A stretch of 64,000 nucleotides of DNA, from NCBI GenBank assembly GCA_903889905.1, contig CAISZI010000047.1:80096-144095 (forward strand), read 5' to 3'. Positions within the stretch are counted from its first letter, which is position 1. The number at the start of each line of letters is the position of its first letter. The DNA is from Candidatus Wirthbacteria bacterium. GTDB lineage: Bacteria > Patescibacteriota > CG2-30-54-11. Below the pieces are notes generated by a model. That model ran no database searches and was not told the DNA's origin. It saw only the letters and a list, made by a program, of their open reading frames with translations. This document shows positions 10,093-18,961 of this stretch, one piece after another. Made by a program: the position numbers and the translations under genes.

Positions 10093-10261
10093 GTTGATCT
10101 CCTGCCGTTTGCTTTTCAGTTTTTTTAATCTGACGGCGTCGATGTACTGTCCTGCCGGTGCGCAGCAACAGGATCAACAAGTCAAAAGCAAGCAGGCATG
10201 CGAGCACCGCCGCCCAGAACAAAAACTTTTGCTCAAATGTCGTTAATTGGAAAATGACCAT
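10085..10261 (-). CDS. Small single-pass membrane protein (58 aa, below the ORF-track cutoff)
   Basis: MVIFQLTTFEQKFLFWAAVLACLLAFDLLILLLRTGRTVHRRRQIKKTEKQTAGDQHV. SD-like agaggt upstream; overlaps both flanking genes. Confidence 0.7.
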   Translation of the reverse strand: MVIFQLTTFEQKFLFWAAVLACLLAFDLLILLLRTGRTVHRRRQIKKTEKQTAGDQHV

Positions 10262-13125
10262 AAATCATAAACCTCTTTAAGCGTCACGTACACCACCGGA
10301 CCGGCGTCTTCGCTGAACAATGACTGATCGGTCGTGCCCAACACCAGGTCCATTTTGGGCAAATCGGTTTGCTCCCAAATCGGATGGCTCAGAAATACGA
10401 TCACTTTCTGGCTGTCTGCCTCACCGCCAGCGTAATTCTGCTGATAACGCGCAAGCATCTGTTCTGCAGTATACGCATAGGCATCCGCCCCGTTGTTGGG
10501 AATTTCCATAAACGTACCCACCGTCGTGGCTGGTTTGTTCTGGTTGCTGGTGGATGGAAAAAAAGGTTGCGTCGTGGCGGTCAGATCCCAGGGGCTCAAG
10601 ACTTTACCATTCCACATTTTTTTCTCGCGCCCCGACGCATCAAACAAGTAGCCCCGCTCACGGAGGACATTCAGTTGCGCAGTATTGATAAACCAGCCAC
10701 CGGCGCGATAGGCACTCGGTTGCGGCAGGCCATGCGCGTTGAATTCGCTTTCGGCCCAATGCAGCATCTGGTTGAATTCGGTGGCCGAGTAAGCGGTCGT
10801 TTTGGTATCGTAGCCACTATCGAGCGGATTGCTGCTTTTGTAACCCCACCTGGGACCGGACCTGGGCGTCACCCCGGCAGCCTGCACCATATTGTCCTGC
10901 ATGTGGAGATGCAACTCGATTTCATCGCCGTAATTCCCGGACCGATCCGTGACCCACTTGGTTAAATAATCCGCACGGGCTTTAGTCATGACATCAGCGA
11001 GGTATATGCGCGGATTAAAAAAATGCGTCAACGGCAAGTCATGGTGACGCTTCACCTGGGCGGTAATCGCATCCAGATTGGCTTGTGGCACATCCCAGCC
11101 TTCCCAGTCCATAGTCCAGGCGACCAGCACCGGCTCCGAGACCATAATCCTGACAATGCGGCTCAATCTTGTACCATCCTGTTGTTTGGCCGTCACCACC
11201 ACGTCCAGATTGCCCGCGGGCAGTGTACTGGGATCGATATCGGCGCTAAACTCACCAGCGGCACCGGCATCCATCACTCCCGTCATGGTCGTATTGCTGA
11301 CGGCATAGGTAGCTGATTGGGCATGCACTGCCGTGGCGATCAAAATAACCGGTGGCGACGACACGCCCATCGGCGCACGGCGCAAAAACCACAGCCGATT
11401 GACACTCACCTGCAAGCCATTGTCCATTTCATCCCCCAGTTTCGTCTCAAAGTGACTGGCTTCGGTTCCACCGCTTAACAACTCCCGGTCAAGCGCACTA
11501 GCACCACCATAATACAAAAAATAACGATTGTCGGTGGTGCCGGGGTAGATGCGTTCCTGGCTCGCGAAAACAATTTCCGCCTTGTCTGTATTGGCATTCG
11601 CCAGAGAAAAGGGAACAGCTTTGTATTGATTTTTGGCAAAGTAAACCAGCTGCAAATCTTTACCATCTGCCAGACTCTTGGACGCTTTGACCAGTGCGCT
11701 GTGGTCAAAATGAAGCATGAGTCGAGCTTTGGCGTCGATTGGCACAAGCAGATCCTGATCCCGCGCACTAAGTTGCCGTGCGTAGGCAAAATTGCCGTCA
11801 TACCAGGGAACAGTCGCTTGATTGGCCCCGTTGATCGCAGGCAAGGGTTCATAATCTGATCCCACGATCTCACTTTTATCAATGCTGCCACCGATCGTGG
11901 AAGCCTGTCCGTTGTAATTAAAAATAATCCACACCAATCCGGAAAACAACACCGCCCCAATCAGCATGCGTTTGGTAAAACGATAACTGGACTGTGGCAC
12001 GACATGGTCGGCATTGAGACGAAAGATGGAATGGTTGGTTTTCCAGTTGAGCGAAGCGATCACCACGGTTGACACAAACAGCCCGGCAAACCAGACCAGC
12101 ACCACCCACGGCTCCCCAAATTGTGTACCCCAGAGGCGTTGGTAACAAAACAGCAGCAACAGATGCACTACGTACAGGTCAAACGCGTCTTTGCCCAGGT
12201 AGTACACCAGCCGCACTTCGGGCATCCACTTCCGGCCAATTTTAATCGTGTGGTAGAAAACGTAAAGCAAAAAAGAAAATGTCAGGCCAAGCATCAGAAA
12301 ACCCACCGACGGCGGCCACCGTAGCAGCGGGTCCAGCACTTGCAGCGGATAATGGTTGCTCAGATACCAGCACACTGCCGTGGCCACCGCAAAAACAATA
12401 CCGGCGATCAGTGCTGCCATACTTTTGCGCCACTGCGGCCGCTCGTGACTGATGAAGCGGCCAAACCACAACCCGATCAGATAAATCGGAAAGTATTGCA
12501 TGAGCGGAAACCGGTTCAGACCTTGCTCTCCCACCAGCAGTGCCTTGTATTCGTTCCATGGCGAGGCGAGCACAATCGGATAGAGCAGACAGGCGACCAG
12601 ATAAACCAGATATGAAACGACCAGGGTCAGCATCAGGTCGTGGCTGCATTTGTGGTAAAAGCGACGCAAAGGAACGGTGAGCAAGGCAAAGATCACAAAC
12701 GGGATGAGAAATTCACTAAAAGGCGGCAGATTCTGCCACAAAACCAGTTTGGCCCAGGACGAGAGGAAACTCTCCAGTGTCAAATTGGCAGTCGAGACCA
12801 AGAGCGAAGCCGTGCCCACCACATAAAATCCAAAAAGCACAGAAATCGCCCGCCGCATCGATGCCCGCCAAAGCACACCGGTTGTTTTGTGTTCATCCCG
12901 GATCGAGGCATAAAAAGCCGCAGCACCAGCGACAAACAAAAACAGGCTAAAACACAGCAGGTTACCGGTCCGGCCCAAAGCGTTTAAAAACCAGTTGGAA
13001 CCACTGTGAAAAAAATACACCGCATGTGCCAGAATCATCAGCAGCACAGCCGTCCCCCGGATGAAATCCAGCGAGGTTTCACGCGGCGGATGCACTGTTG
13101 GAGGGGAGGATGGCGCTGCGTTCAA
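10243..13125 (-). CDS. Fusion protein: membrane acyltransferase-like domain (DUF1624/OpgC-like), DUF2341-like domain and polysaccharide deacetylase-like domain
   Basis: N-terminal RETSLDFIRG..LMILAH plus ~10 TM. Middle PWYDGNFAYARQL...DLQLVY...YFLYYG. C-terminal TMDWEG, ELHLH, YRAGGW, FLSHP. Confidence 0.8.
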   Translation of the reverse strand: MNAAPSSPPTVHPPRETSLDFIRGTAVLLMILAHAVYFFHSGSNWFLNALGRTGNLLCFSLFLFVAGAAAFYASIRDEHKTTGVLWRASMRRAISVLFGFYVVGTASLLVSTANLTLESFLSSWAKLVLWQNLPPFSEFLIPFVIFALLTVPLRRFYHKCSHDLMLTLVVSYLVYLVACLLYPIVLASPWNEYKALLVGEQGLNRFPLMQYFPIYLIGLWFGRFISHERPQWRKSMAALIAGIVFAVATAVCWYLSNHYPLQVLDPLLRWPPSVGFLMLGLTFSFLLYVFYHTIKIGRKWMPEVRLVYYLGKDAFDLYVVHLLLLFCYQRLWGTQFGEPWVVLVWFAGLFVSTVVIASLNWKTNHSIFRLNADHVVPQSSYRFTKRMLIGAVLFSGLVWIIFNYNGQASTIGGSIDKSEIVGSDYEPLPAINGANQATVPWYDGNFAYARQLSARDQDLLVPIDAKARLMLHFDHSALVKASKSLADGKDLQLVYFAKNQYKAVPFSLANANTDKAEIVFASQERIYPGTTDNRYFLYYGGASALDRELLSGGTEASHFETKLGDEMDNGLQVSVNRLWFLRRAPMGVSSPPVILIATAVHAQSATYAVSNTTMTGVMDAGAAGEFSADIDPSTLPAGNLDVVVTAKQQDGTRLSRIVRIMVSEPVLVAWTMDWEGWDVPQANLDAITAQVKRHHDLPLTHFFNPRIYLADVMTKARADYLTKWVTDRSGNYGDEIELHLHMQDNMVQAAGVTPRSGPRWGYKSSNPLDSGYDTKTTAYSATEFNQMLHWAESEFNAHGLPQPSAYRAGGWFINTAQLNVLRERGYLFDASGREKKMWNGKVLSPWDLTATTQPFFPSTSNQNKPATTVGTFMEIPNNGADAYAYTAEQMLARYQQNYAGGEADSQKVIVFLSHPIWEQTDLPKMDLVLGTTDQSLFSEDAGPVVYVTLKEVYDLWSFSN

Positions 13126-13194
13126 TTTGGTTCCCGTTGTTGAGAGTCAAGTTGGGCAAAGTATACCAAAAAGTTACGCCGGGCGTCGAACCGA

Positions 13195-13935
13195 TTATCC
13201 GTTCCAAAGTCTTTTTGACACAAGCCCAAAAGACAAAGTGAGCCGCTGCAGCTGATGCCATGCCTGTAACCCAAACCGTAAATATTGGCGGACCGGTAAG
13301 CTCGATTTACCAGCAGTACGCTCAAAATGCTGCACCGACAGCTCAAACAGTACTTGCTCACGACAGGCCAGCAGGGCCATCGCAATGTTGGGCACCAAGG
13401 TTGTCGTTTCGAACAGCGCTAACTTTTTGACCAGCCAATCCCGGCGTATCAGACGAAACGGACTATTGGTGTCGCGCAAGTACGTTTTAAAACGCCAGAG
13501 GAGTCCCGCACGCAAAATCCAACTCCCCAGTCGTCGCACCCAAGGATCATTCCTCTCTCTCCGTACGCCCAAAACCACTATTGCCGCGTCCCTTTTGTTC
13601 CACAACAAAGCAAAATCCGCCAGATCAAACTGCCGGTCGCCATCCACCTGAAACACCCACTTGCCACGCACCGCCGCATAGCCAACAAGTAGCGCACTGC
13701 CATGCCCGCAGTTGATCAGTTGCCGCAGGACTCTGAGCCAAGGGTAGCGTCCCAAAAGCTGTTGCAAAAGTTGCGTGGTTCCATCCGTGCTGGCGTCATC
13801 GACCATCACCACTTCTAGCGCAGGCACCAGGGGGACAACCTGCTGTTGCAGCTCTTCCAGCAGACTTCTTAGGTTTTGCGCTTCGTTGTAGATCGGGATA
13901 ACAACCGAAAGCTCAGGATTTGACGGTGTAGTCAT
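13195..13935 (-). CDS. GT2 glycosyltransferase (DPM-synthase-like)
   Basis: SVVIPIYNE, VDDASTDGT, VDGDRQF and RDTNSPFRL. ATG 13935 overlaps the queH end; the upstream part of the track ORF is a queH shadow. Confidence 0.9.
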   Translation of the reverse strand: MTTPSNPELSVVIPIYNEAQNLRSLLEELQQQVVPLVPALEVVMVDDASTDGTTQLLQQLLGRYPWLRVLRQLINCGHGSALLVGYAAVRGKWVFQVDGDRQFDLADFALLWNKRDAAIVVLGVRRERNDPWVRRLGSWILRAGLLWRFKTYLRDTNSPFRLIRRDWLVKKLALFETTTLVPNIAMALLACREQVLFELSVQHFERTAGKSSLPVRQYLRFGLQAWHQLQRLTLSFGLVSKRLWNG

Positions 13936-14503
13936 TGCCCTCACGCTGTTGCATGGAATACTGACATCCGCAGTAATCCTGACGATAAAACTGCTCCGTG
14001 GCAATGATGCGCAGCATGCGTTCCTGCCCGCCTTGTTTGCGCCAGTTGAAATCCCAGAACTGAATGCCATGCGTTGCGGCTGCCTGCCTGCCGCAGGCGT
14101 ACACCTGTTGCTGGTTTTTCCAGCGTGAAATGCCCAAACTGGTCGCAAAGACATCATAACCAAAAGTTTTGGCATATTCAGCTGACCGTCTCAGGCGTAA
14201 ATCAAAACAGACAGTGCAGCGTTTGCCACGTTCCGGCTCATGTTCCAACCCGATTGTTGCTTTAACCCATAGCTCAGGCTGGTAATCGGCGTCGATAAAC
14301 TCAAGGTTGCGTTTGATGGCAAAGCGTTTGATCTCGGCTTTCCGGCGCTCGTACTCAGCCAACGGATAAATATTGGGATTGAAGAAAAAAACCGTTGGCT
14401 GAATCCCACTTTCCAGCAGCCACTCCAGCATACCTCCGGCGCAGGGCCCGCAGCAGGTATGCAGCAGTAAATGGGACGTTCCAGCAGGAAGTTGTAATTG
14501 CAT
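13913..14503 (-). CDS. queH: Epoxyqueuosine reductase QueH (DUF208)
   Basis: LLHTCCGPC, NPNIYP..EY.RR, EPERGKRCTVC and YRQDYCGC motifs. Confidence 0.9.
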   Translation of the reverse strand: MQLQLPAGTSHLLLHTCCGPCAGGMLEWLLESGIQPTVFFFNPNIYPLAEYERRKAEIKRFAIKRNLEFIDADYQPELWVKATIGLEHEPERGKRCTVCFDLRLRRSAEYAKTFGYDVFATSLGISRWKNQQQVYACGRQAAATHGIQFWDFNWRKQGGQERMLRIIATEQFYRQDYCGCQYSMQQREGNDYTVKS

Positions 14504-14631
14504 AGACGTATTGTAACGAATCAACCGCTAACCTCCAAGCCTTATCTGATCATCATCTGGTTGTGCTGATGGTGTTGAATCCATTATCATAGATGCAAAC
14601 AGTTGCCGATTACTTTTCATGGAGCATAGCG

Positions 14632-15528
14632 ATGCGGAAAAAAATTCTCATTATTCTGGGCGTGCTGATCGGTTTAATTGTGATTATCGTGGCGCTGGCC
14701 TTTTTTCTGACCCAGGGCGCTGTCACTGCCGTAACCGATGAGCTTGCCGCGCTCAAAGCCAAAAATACAGACAATGCCTATGCGCTCACAGATGCCGCCT
14801 TTCAATCAGCCACAGCCAAAACCACCTTTCAGTCTTATCTTGATGCCAACCCGTACCTCACCACCTACCAGAGTTATTCGATTCCGGAACGTTCCACCGA
14901 AAACAACTCTGGCAAGGTCGTCGTTGCACTCAAAGACCAAACCGGAACTGTCATCCGTTATAACTTTTACGTCCAAAAAGACGCCAACACCTGGAAAGTC
15001 CACGCCATCGAAGTCTTCCCCGACGACAAGTCCAAAATACCCGCCGTGGCTCTCCCGTCATTCAAAACCTATGAAATCACTTCCCAGGCCTATACCGATC
15101 AAGGCTACACCCTGACACTGCCCAAATCCTTTACCGTCGAGCACCCTGACAAATACAGCACGACGGCATACGGCACCGGTGCCGAAGACAAGGAAGTCAC
15201 CATCGATATCCAAAAAATCATCCTGATTGATCCTGCCGTCGAATTGGACAAACTCAAAAACCAATTCAAACAGATCGACCCCAACAACAAATTCGGCAAC
15301 GAAACTGACTACACCTATACCTTTGCCGATGGCACCAGCGTCCTCAGCAAAAGTGTGCTGGTCACATTCAAACAGGACAACAAAGACTACAAACAATGGG
15401 TTCTGCTTGTTCCCAATACCAAAACCGGCATCCTCTATTTCTGGACTTATACGACACCAGTCTCTCTGTTTGAGAAATACATCACCCTGGCGCAGGACAT
15501 TGCCAAAGCCTGGGATATCGCCCTATAG
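14632..15528 (+). CDS. Membrane-anchored protein with a DUF4864/NTF2-like N-domain and a PsbP-like C-domain
   Basis: N-terminal TM; AYAL...FQ...WKVHAI; GYTLTLPKSF. SD ggag before ATG 14632. Confidence 0.7.
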   Translation: MRKKILIILGVLIGLIVIIVALAFFLTQGAVTAVTDELAALKAKNTDNAYALTDAAFQSATAKTTFQSYLDANPYLTTYQSYSIPERSTENNSGKVVVALKDQTGTVIRYNFYVQKDANTWKVHAIEVFPDDKSKIPAVALPSFKTYEITSQAYTDQGYTLTLPKSFTVEHPDKYSTTAYGTGAEDKEVTIDIQKIILIDPAVELDKLKNQFKQIDPNNKFGNETDYTYTFADGTSVLSKSVLVTFKQDNKDYKQWVLLVPNTKTGILYFWTYTTPVSLFEKYITLAQDIAKAWDIAL

Positions 15529-15573
15529 GAACGCTCTAAAAGGTAATTCTCCAACCGCCCCAATGAAACCCAT

Positions 15574-15702
15574 CCTTGGGGCGGGTTTGTTGAGGGCGGC
15601 TTCGTGGGAAGCTGTGACGACACTGCCGCCAGAATTATTCAACAAACAGTACGATCAGCTCGGGCGCGATTTGAAGACGCCCTCAACAAACCCACCCCAA
15701 GG
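15574..15702. repeat. 129-bp element bounded by 30-bp inverted repeats (REPIN/MITE-like)
   Basis: ccttggggcgggtttgttgagggcggcttc and gaagacgccctcaacaaacccaccccaagg are 28/30 complementary. Confidence 0.75.
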
Positions 15703-15819
15703 GGAGACACCCAAAGGGAGACGCTTCCCATCACCGCCCAATTCCCCTTATAATGCCTTCGTTCAACGGGTTGCCTTTTCCCATCTCCCAACCCAATTAC
15801 TCATTACCAAGCACTGCTT

Positions 15820-16737
15820 ATGAGCGTGATCAAAGTTCAAGACCTGCACAAACACTACGGTGACCTGCAGGCTGTGGATGGCATTTCCTTTGACGTGAAC
15901 GAAGGTGAAATCTTCGGGCTCTTAGGCCCCAACGGCGCCGGCAAAACCACCACCATCGAAATCATCGAAGGCCTGCGCCCCAAAGACAACGGCGTGGTCG
16001 AATTGCTCAACCTGGACGTGGCCAAAAAGCTGCAGGACGTCAAGGAAACGATCGGGGTGCAATTGCAGGCAAGCTCGATGATTGACCTGCTTACTGTGCG
16101 GGAAATTCTTAATCTCTTTTCGTCTTTTTACAAACACCGTGCTGATATCAACAAGCTGATGCATGACATGAATCTCACGGAAAAAGCGAAAACTTTGACC
16201 AAAGAATTAAGCGGCGGCCAAAAACAACGACTGGCGATTGCATTGGCGCTAGTCAACGATCCATTGGTAGTATTCCTCGACGAACCAACTACCGGATTAG
16301 ACCCGCAAGCCAGACGATCCCTGTGGGAAGTCATCCGTTCTATTCAAAAGCAAAAGAAAACGGTATTGCTCACGACGCACTATATGGAAGAAGCCGAAGT
16401 GCTGTGCGATCGCATCGCCATCATGGACCACGGCAAAATCCTGGCCATGGACACGCCGCAAAATCTGATCAACACATATTTCAAAGAAAAAACGATTGAA
16501 ATCGAATTCACGGAACAAATTCCGCAGCTCGACTGGTGTAAACAAATCCCCAAAGTCGAAAGCTGCCATGCCGACGGCCAGTTGCTCACCCTCTACACGA
16601 CGCACTCGCAAACCGTGCTCAGCAAAACGCTGGAACTCGCGGCGGCAGAAAAATGGACCTTCAAAGATGTCCGCATCCGCAGTGCCACGCTCGAAGACGT
16701 TTTCCTCAAACTTACCGGCAGCCGCATTCGCGAATAA
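15820..16737 (+). CDS. ABC-2 type transporter ATP-binding protein
   Basis: GPNGAGKTT, LSGGQKQR, FLDEPTTGLDP and TTHYMEEA motifs. Confidence 0.95.
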   Translation: MSVIKVQDLHKHYGDLQAVDGISFDVNEGEIFGLLGPNGAGKTTTIEIIEGLRPKDNGVVELLNLDVAKKLQDVKETIGVQLQASSMIDLLTVREILNLFSSFYKHRADINKLMHDMNLTEKAKTLTKELSGGQKQRLAIALALVNDPLVVFLDEPTTGLDPQARRSLWEVIRSIQKQKKTVLLTTHYMEEAEVLCDRIAIMDHGKILAMDTPQNLINTYFKEKTIEIEFTEQIPQLDWCKQIPKVESCHADGQLLTLYTTHSQTVLSKTLELAAAEKWTFKDVRIRSATLEDVFLKLTGSRIRE

Positions 16738-16752
16738 CAGGATCAAGCCAAA

Positions 16753-17832
16753 ATGAACAAAACCCTCAAACTGCTTCAAGCCAATCTGCTGGAACTTACC
16801 CGCAACCGCGCCGCCATTTTCTGGACGATCATGTTCCCGATCATGTTCATCCTCATCTTTGGCTTGATTTACACCAACAACGACACCAGCAAACTCAAAG
16901 TCGGCCTGGTGGTAAACGACCCAAGCCCGGTGACCCAGCAAATCAGCGACAGCGTCGCCAAAATCCCGGTATTTGAAATCAAGTCCGGGACGCAGGCTGA
17001 CCTCGAAGACCAGCTTAAAAACGGCAAATTGAGCGCGGTCATCATCTTTGGCCAAACCTTTAGCCAGGATCTGGCCAAACAAAAAGCGGAAATCATCATC
17101 AAGTACGACCCCGGCAGTCAGACCACGGCACAAATCGCAATCTCGGCCTTGCATGCGGCGACCGAACAAATCAACCAAGGCATCACCCAGGTCAAACAAC
17201 CCGTTACGGTTGTCTCCACTTCGGTGCAAGCCCAAAAAACGCGCCAGATCGACTGGCTCGTTGCCGGCATCCTGGGCATGTCGATCATGCAGCTCGGTTT
17301 GTTTTCCTCGGCCGCGCTGGTCACGCTGCGGGAAAAGAAAATCCTGCGGCGCTTTGCCGTGACACCGGTTAGCCGCATCCATATCGTCATCGCCCAGGTT
17401 CTCTTCCGTCTCTGTTTTGGACTGACCCAAAGTACCGTGCTGCTGATCACGGGACGACTCGTTTACCACGTGCAAATTGACGGCAATATCCTGCTCATGT
17501 ACGGCGTCATCATCCTGGGCCTGATGATGTTCCTCGCCATGGGTTACATCATCGCCTCGCTTGCCAAAAACGAGGAAGTCGTGGAACCGCTGGTTCAAGT
17601 CTTCAGCATGCCGATGATGTTCCTGAGTGGCGTATTCTTCCCCATCGACCTAATGCCCAAATTCATCCAGCCCGTGATCAAAATTCTGCCCCTTTCGTAT
17701 CTCAACAACGCCCTGCGTGCCGTCATCAATAACAACCAAAGCCTCTATGCCATCCGCATGGACATTACGGTTATGGCTATCTGGCTGGTTGTGTCGCTGG
17801 TGGTGGCAGTTAGATTATTCAAATGGGAATAG
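16753..17832 (+). CDS. ABC-2 type transporter permease
   Basis: TM, extracellular loop, then 5 TM. REKKILRR...TP and FLSGVFFP motifs. Confidence 0.93.
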   Translation: MNKTLKLLQANLLELTRNRAAIFWTIMFPIMFILIFGLIYTNNDTSKLKVGLVVNDPSPVTQQISDSVAKIPVFEIKSGTQADLEDQLKNGKLSAVIIFGQTFSQDLAKQKAEIIIKYDPGSQTTAQIAISALHAATEQINQGITQVKQPVTVVSTSVQAQKTRQIDWLVAGILGMSIMQLGLFSSAALVTLREKKILRRFAVTPVSRIHIVIAQVLFRLCFGLTQSTVLLITGRLVYHVQIDGNILLMYGVIILGLMMFLAMGYIIASLAKNEEVVEPLVQVFSMPMMFLSGVFFPIDLMPKFIQPVIKILPLSYLNNALRAVINNNQSLYAIRMDITVMAIWLVVSLVVAVRLFKWE

Positions 17833-17839
17833 ACGTAAA

Positions 17840-17955
17840 ATTCTAAATACGAATAACTAACATCCAAACTAAACCAGGGGCAGGCTTCACGCCTGCCTCT
17901 TTTTGTGTCTGTCTTTATCTCCTGTTTGGTGATTAGTGCATAGAATTTAGTTATT
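17840..17955. repeat. AT-rich, roughly 7-bp-periodic inverted arms (GTTTGG..TTAG..TTAG) around the terminator; related copy at 55629-55660
   Basis: 17840-17869 is an imperfect reverse complement of 17924-17955. 55629-55660 reads gtttggatattcagatttagttattagaattt. Confidence 0.5.
17876..17904 (+). terminator. Rho-independent terminator of the ABC operon
   Basis: aggggcaggc-ttcac-gcctgcctct followed by a T run. Confidence 0.8.
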
Positions 17956-18290
17956 ATTTCCCTCTCTATCTCTCCATCAATTCTTCACACAATGGCGCTA
18001 TAGTAAGGATGTTGAAAGGTACACAAAACAAAAAATCCAAAATAGCTACTTATCCATCAGTAGGAGATAAAAGCAAAATGCAAAACAAAAAACTCAAAAA
18101 ATTCTGGTCGTCCGCCTACAATTTGCAAGTTCCCCTCAACACCCGCGGTCACCCTTAATACCCTGTCCCCTATTTCCGGGGTAGCACCCGAACACCAGCC
18201 CCGGCTGCTACCCCAAACCAAAATCCGACTTCCAGCCCCGGATTTAGACCAAGCCTTACATTTATTCATTAAAACAAATACCCAACACCC

Positions 18291-18488
18291 ATGCCGTACC
18301 GCTTCCAACTTATTAATGAAAGTCAAAATTACTCAATCTCCCATGATTATCTCTATACTGCCTTTGTCAAAAAGCGTTTGTCTCCTACCCTCCAGCCCCG
18401 GGAGACATTAACCTCAAACATTCACGACAGGTCGAGACCCAGCTTAGCTTTTAATTTTGAGGAAAACCCCATTCCGTCACCAGTCTAA
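18291..18488 (+). CDS. Small protein (65 aa), paralog of 18659-18895
   Basis: QNYSISHDYLY and PSLAFNFE align with the paralog, and the differences in the first motif are mainly synonymous. Confidence 0.6.
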   Translation: MPYRFQLINESQNYSISHDYLYTAFVKKRLSPTLQPRETLTSNIHDRSRPSLAFNFEENPIPSPV

Positions 18489-18596
18489 TCCCACTGGTAC
18501 GGTTGATCTTGAACTTCCGCCTCAAGTTTGCCTGATGCTATTCACGGCAAACTTTTCCTTACCAGCCATTTTGTAAGCCTTACCGCCCCCACATGG

Positions 18597-18625
18597 TTGA
18601 CCTCTACCGCTATTCAGACTATAAT
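18597..18625 (+). promoter_or_regulatory. Sigma70-type promoter
   Basis: TTGACC-17 bp-TATAAT, 33 bp upstream of ATG 18659. Confidence 0.75.
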
Positions 18626-18658
18626 AATATGATAATCAAATTTCTATGAACTGCAGCC

Positions 18659-18895
18659 ATGCACAAGCCCCGTTCTCGACATCTTTACCAAAACTACTCC
18701 GTAGCCCATGATTACCTTTACGTTAATCATGGCAAACCAATCCTTTCGGGCAGCCCGAGAATGATTTTTAAATACGACAAACAGACCATCTTTGGCCCAC
18801 CCAAAAGGCAAAATTCAGCAACCATGACCAGAACCAAAGCAACCGCCGATCCGCCACTTTCACTCTTGGGTAAACTGGGCCAAATGTTATTTTAA
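18659..18895 (+). CDS. Small protein (78 aa), paralog of 18291-18488
   Basis: QNYSVAHDYLY and PRMIFKYD motifs; has its own near-consensus promoter. Confidence 0.65.
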   Translation: MHKPRSRHLYQNYSVAHDYLYVNHGKPILSGSPRMIFKYDKQTIFGPPKRQNSATMTRTKATADPPLSLLGKLGQMLF

Positions 18896-18961
18896 GCATT
18901 GCTACTCACCTCGCTGCGTGGTATAGACAACCCATCGGCTATTATGTAGAGGCAGGTAGCG

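Noticed and set aside
10092-10243. Alternative anti-SD pairings suggesting a riboswitch before the C39 gene
   Set aside because: The interval is fully occupied by a credible 58-aa membrane-protein ORF and the pairings are short.
15227-15823. 198-aa ORF spanning the inverted-repeat element
   Set aside because: It is an off-frame overlap with the 14632-15528 gene plus read-through of a repeat.
16297-17598. 433-aa minus-strand ORF (likewise 8842-9660, 19846-20733, 20904-21863, 56426-57817, 63057-63995)
   Set aside because: These are antisense shadows of well-supported genes caused by biased codon usage, with no recognisable motifs.
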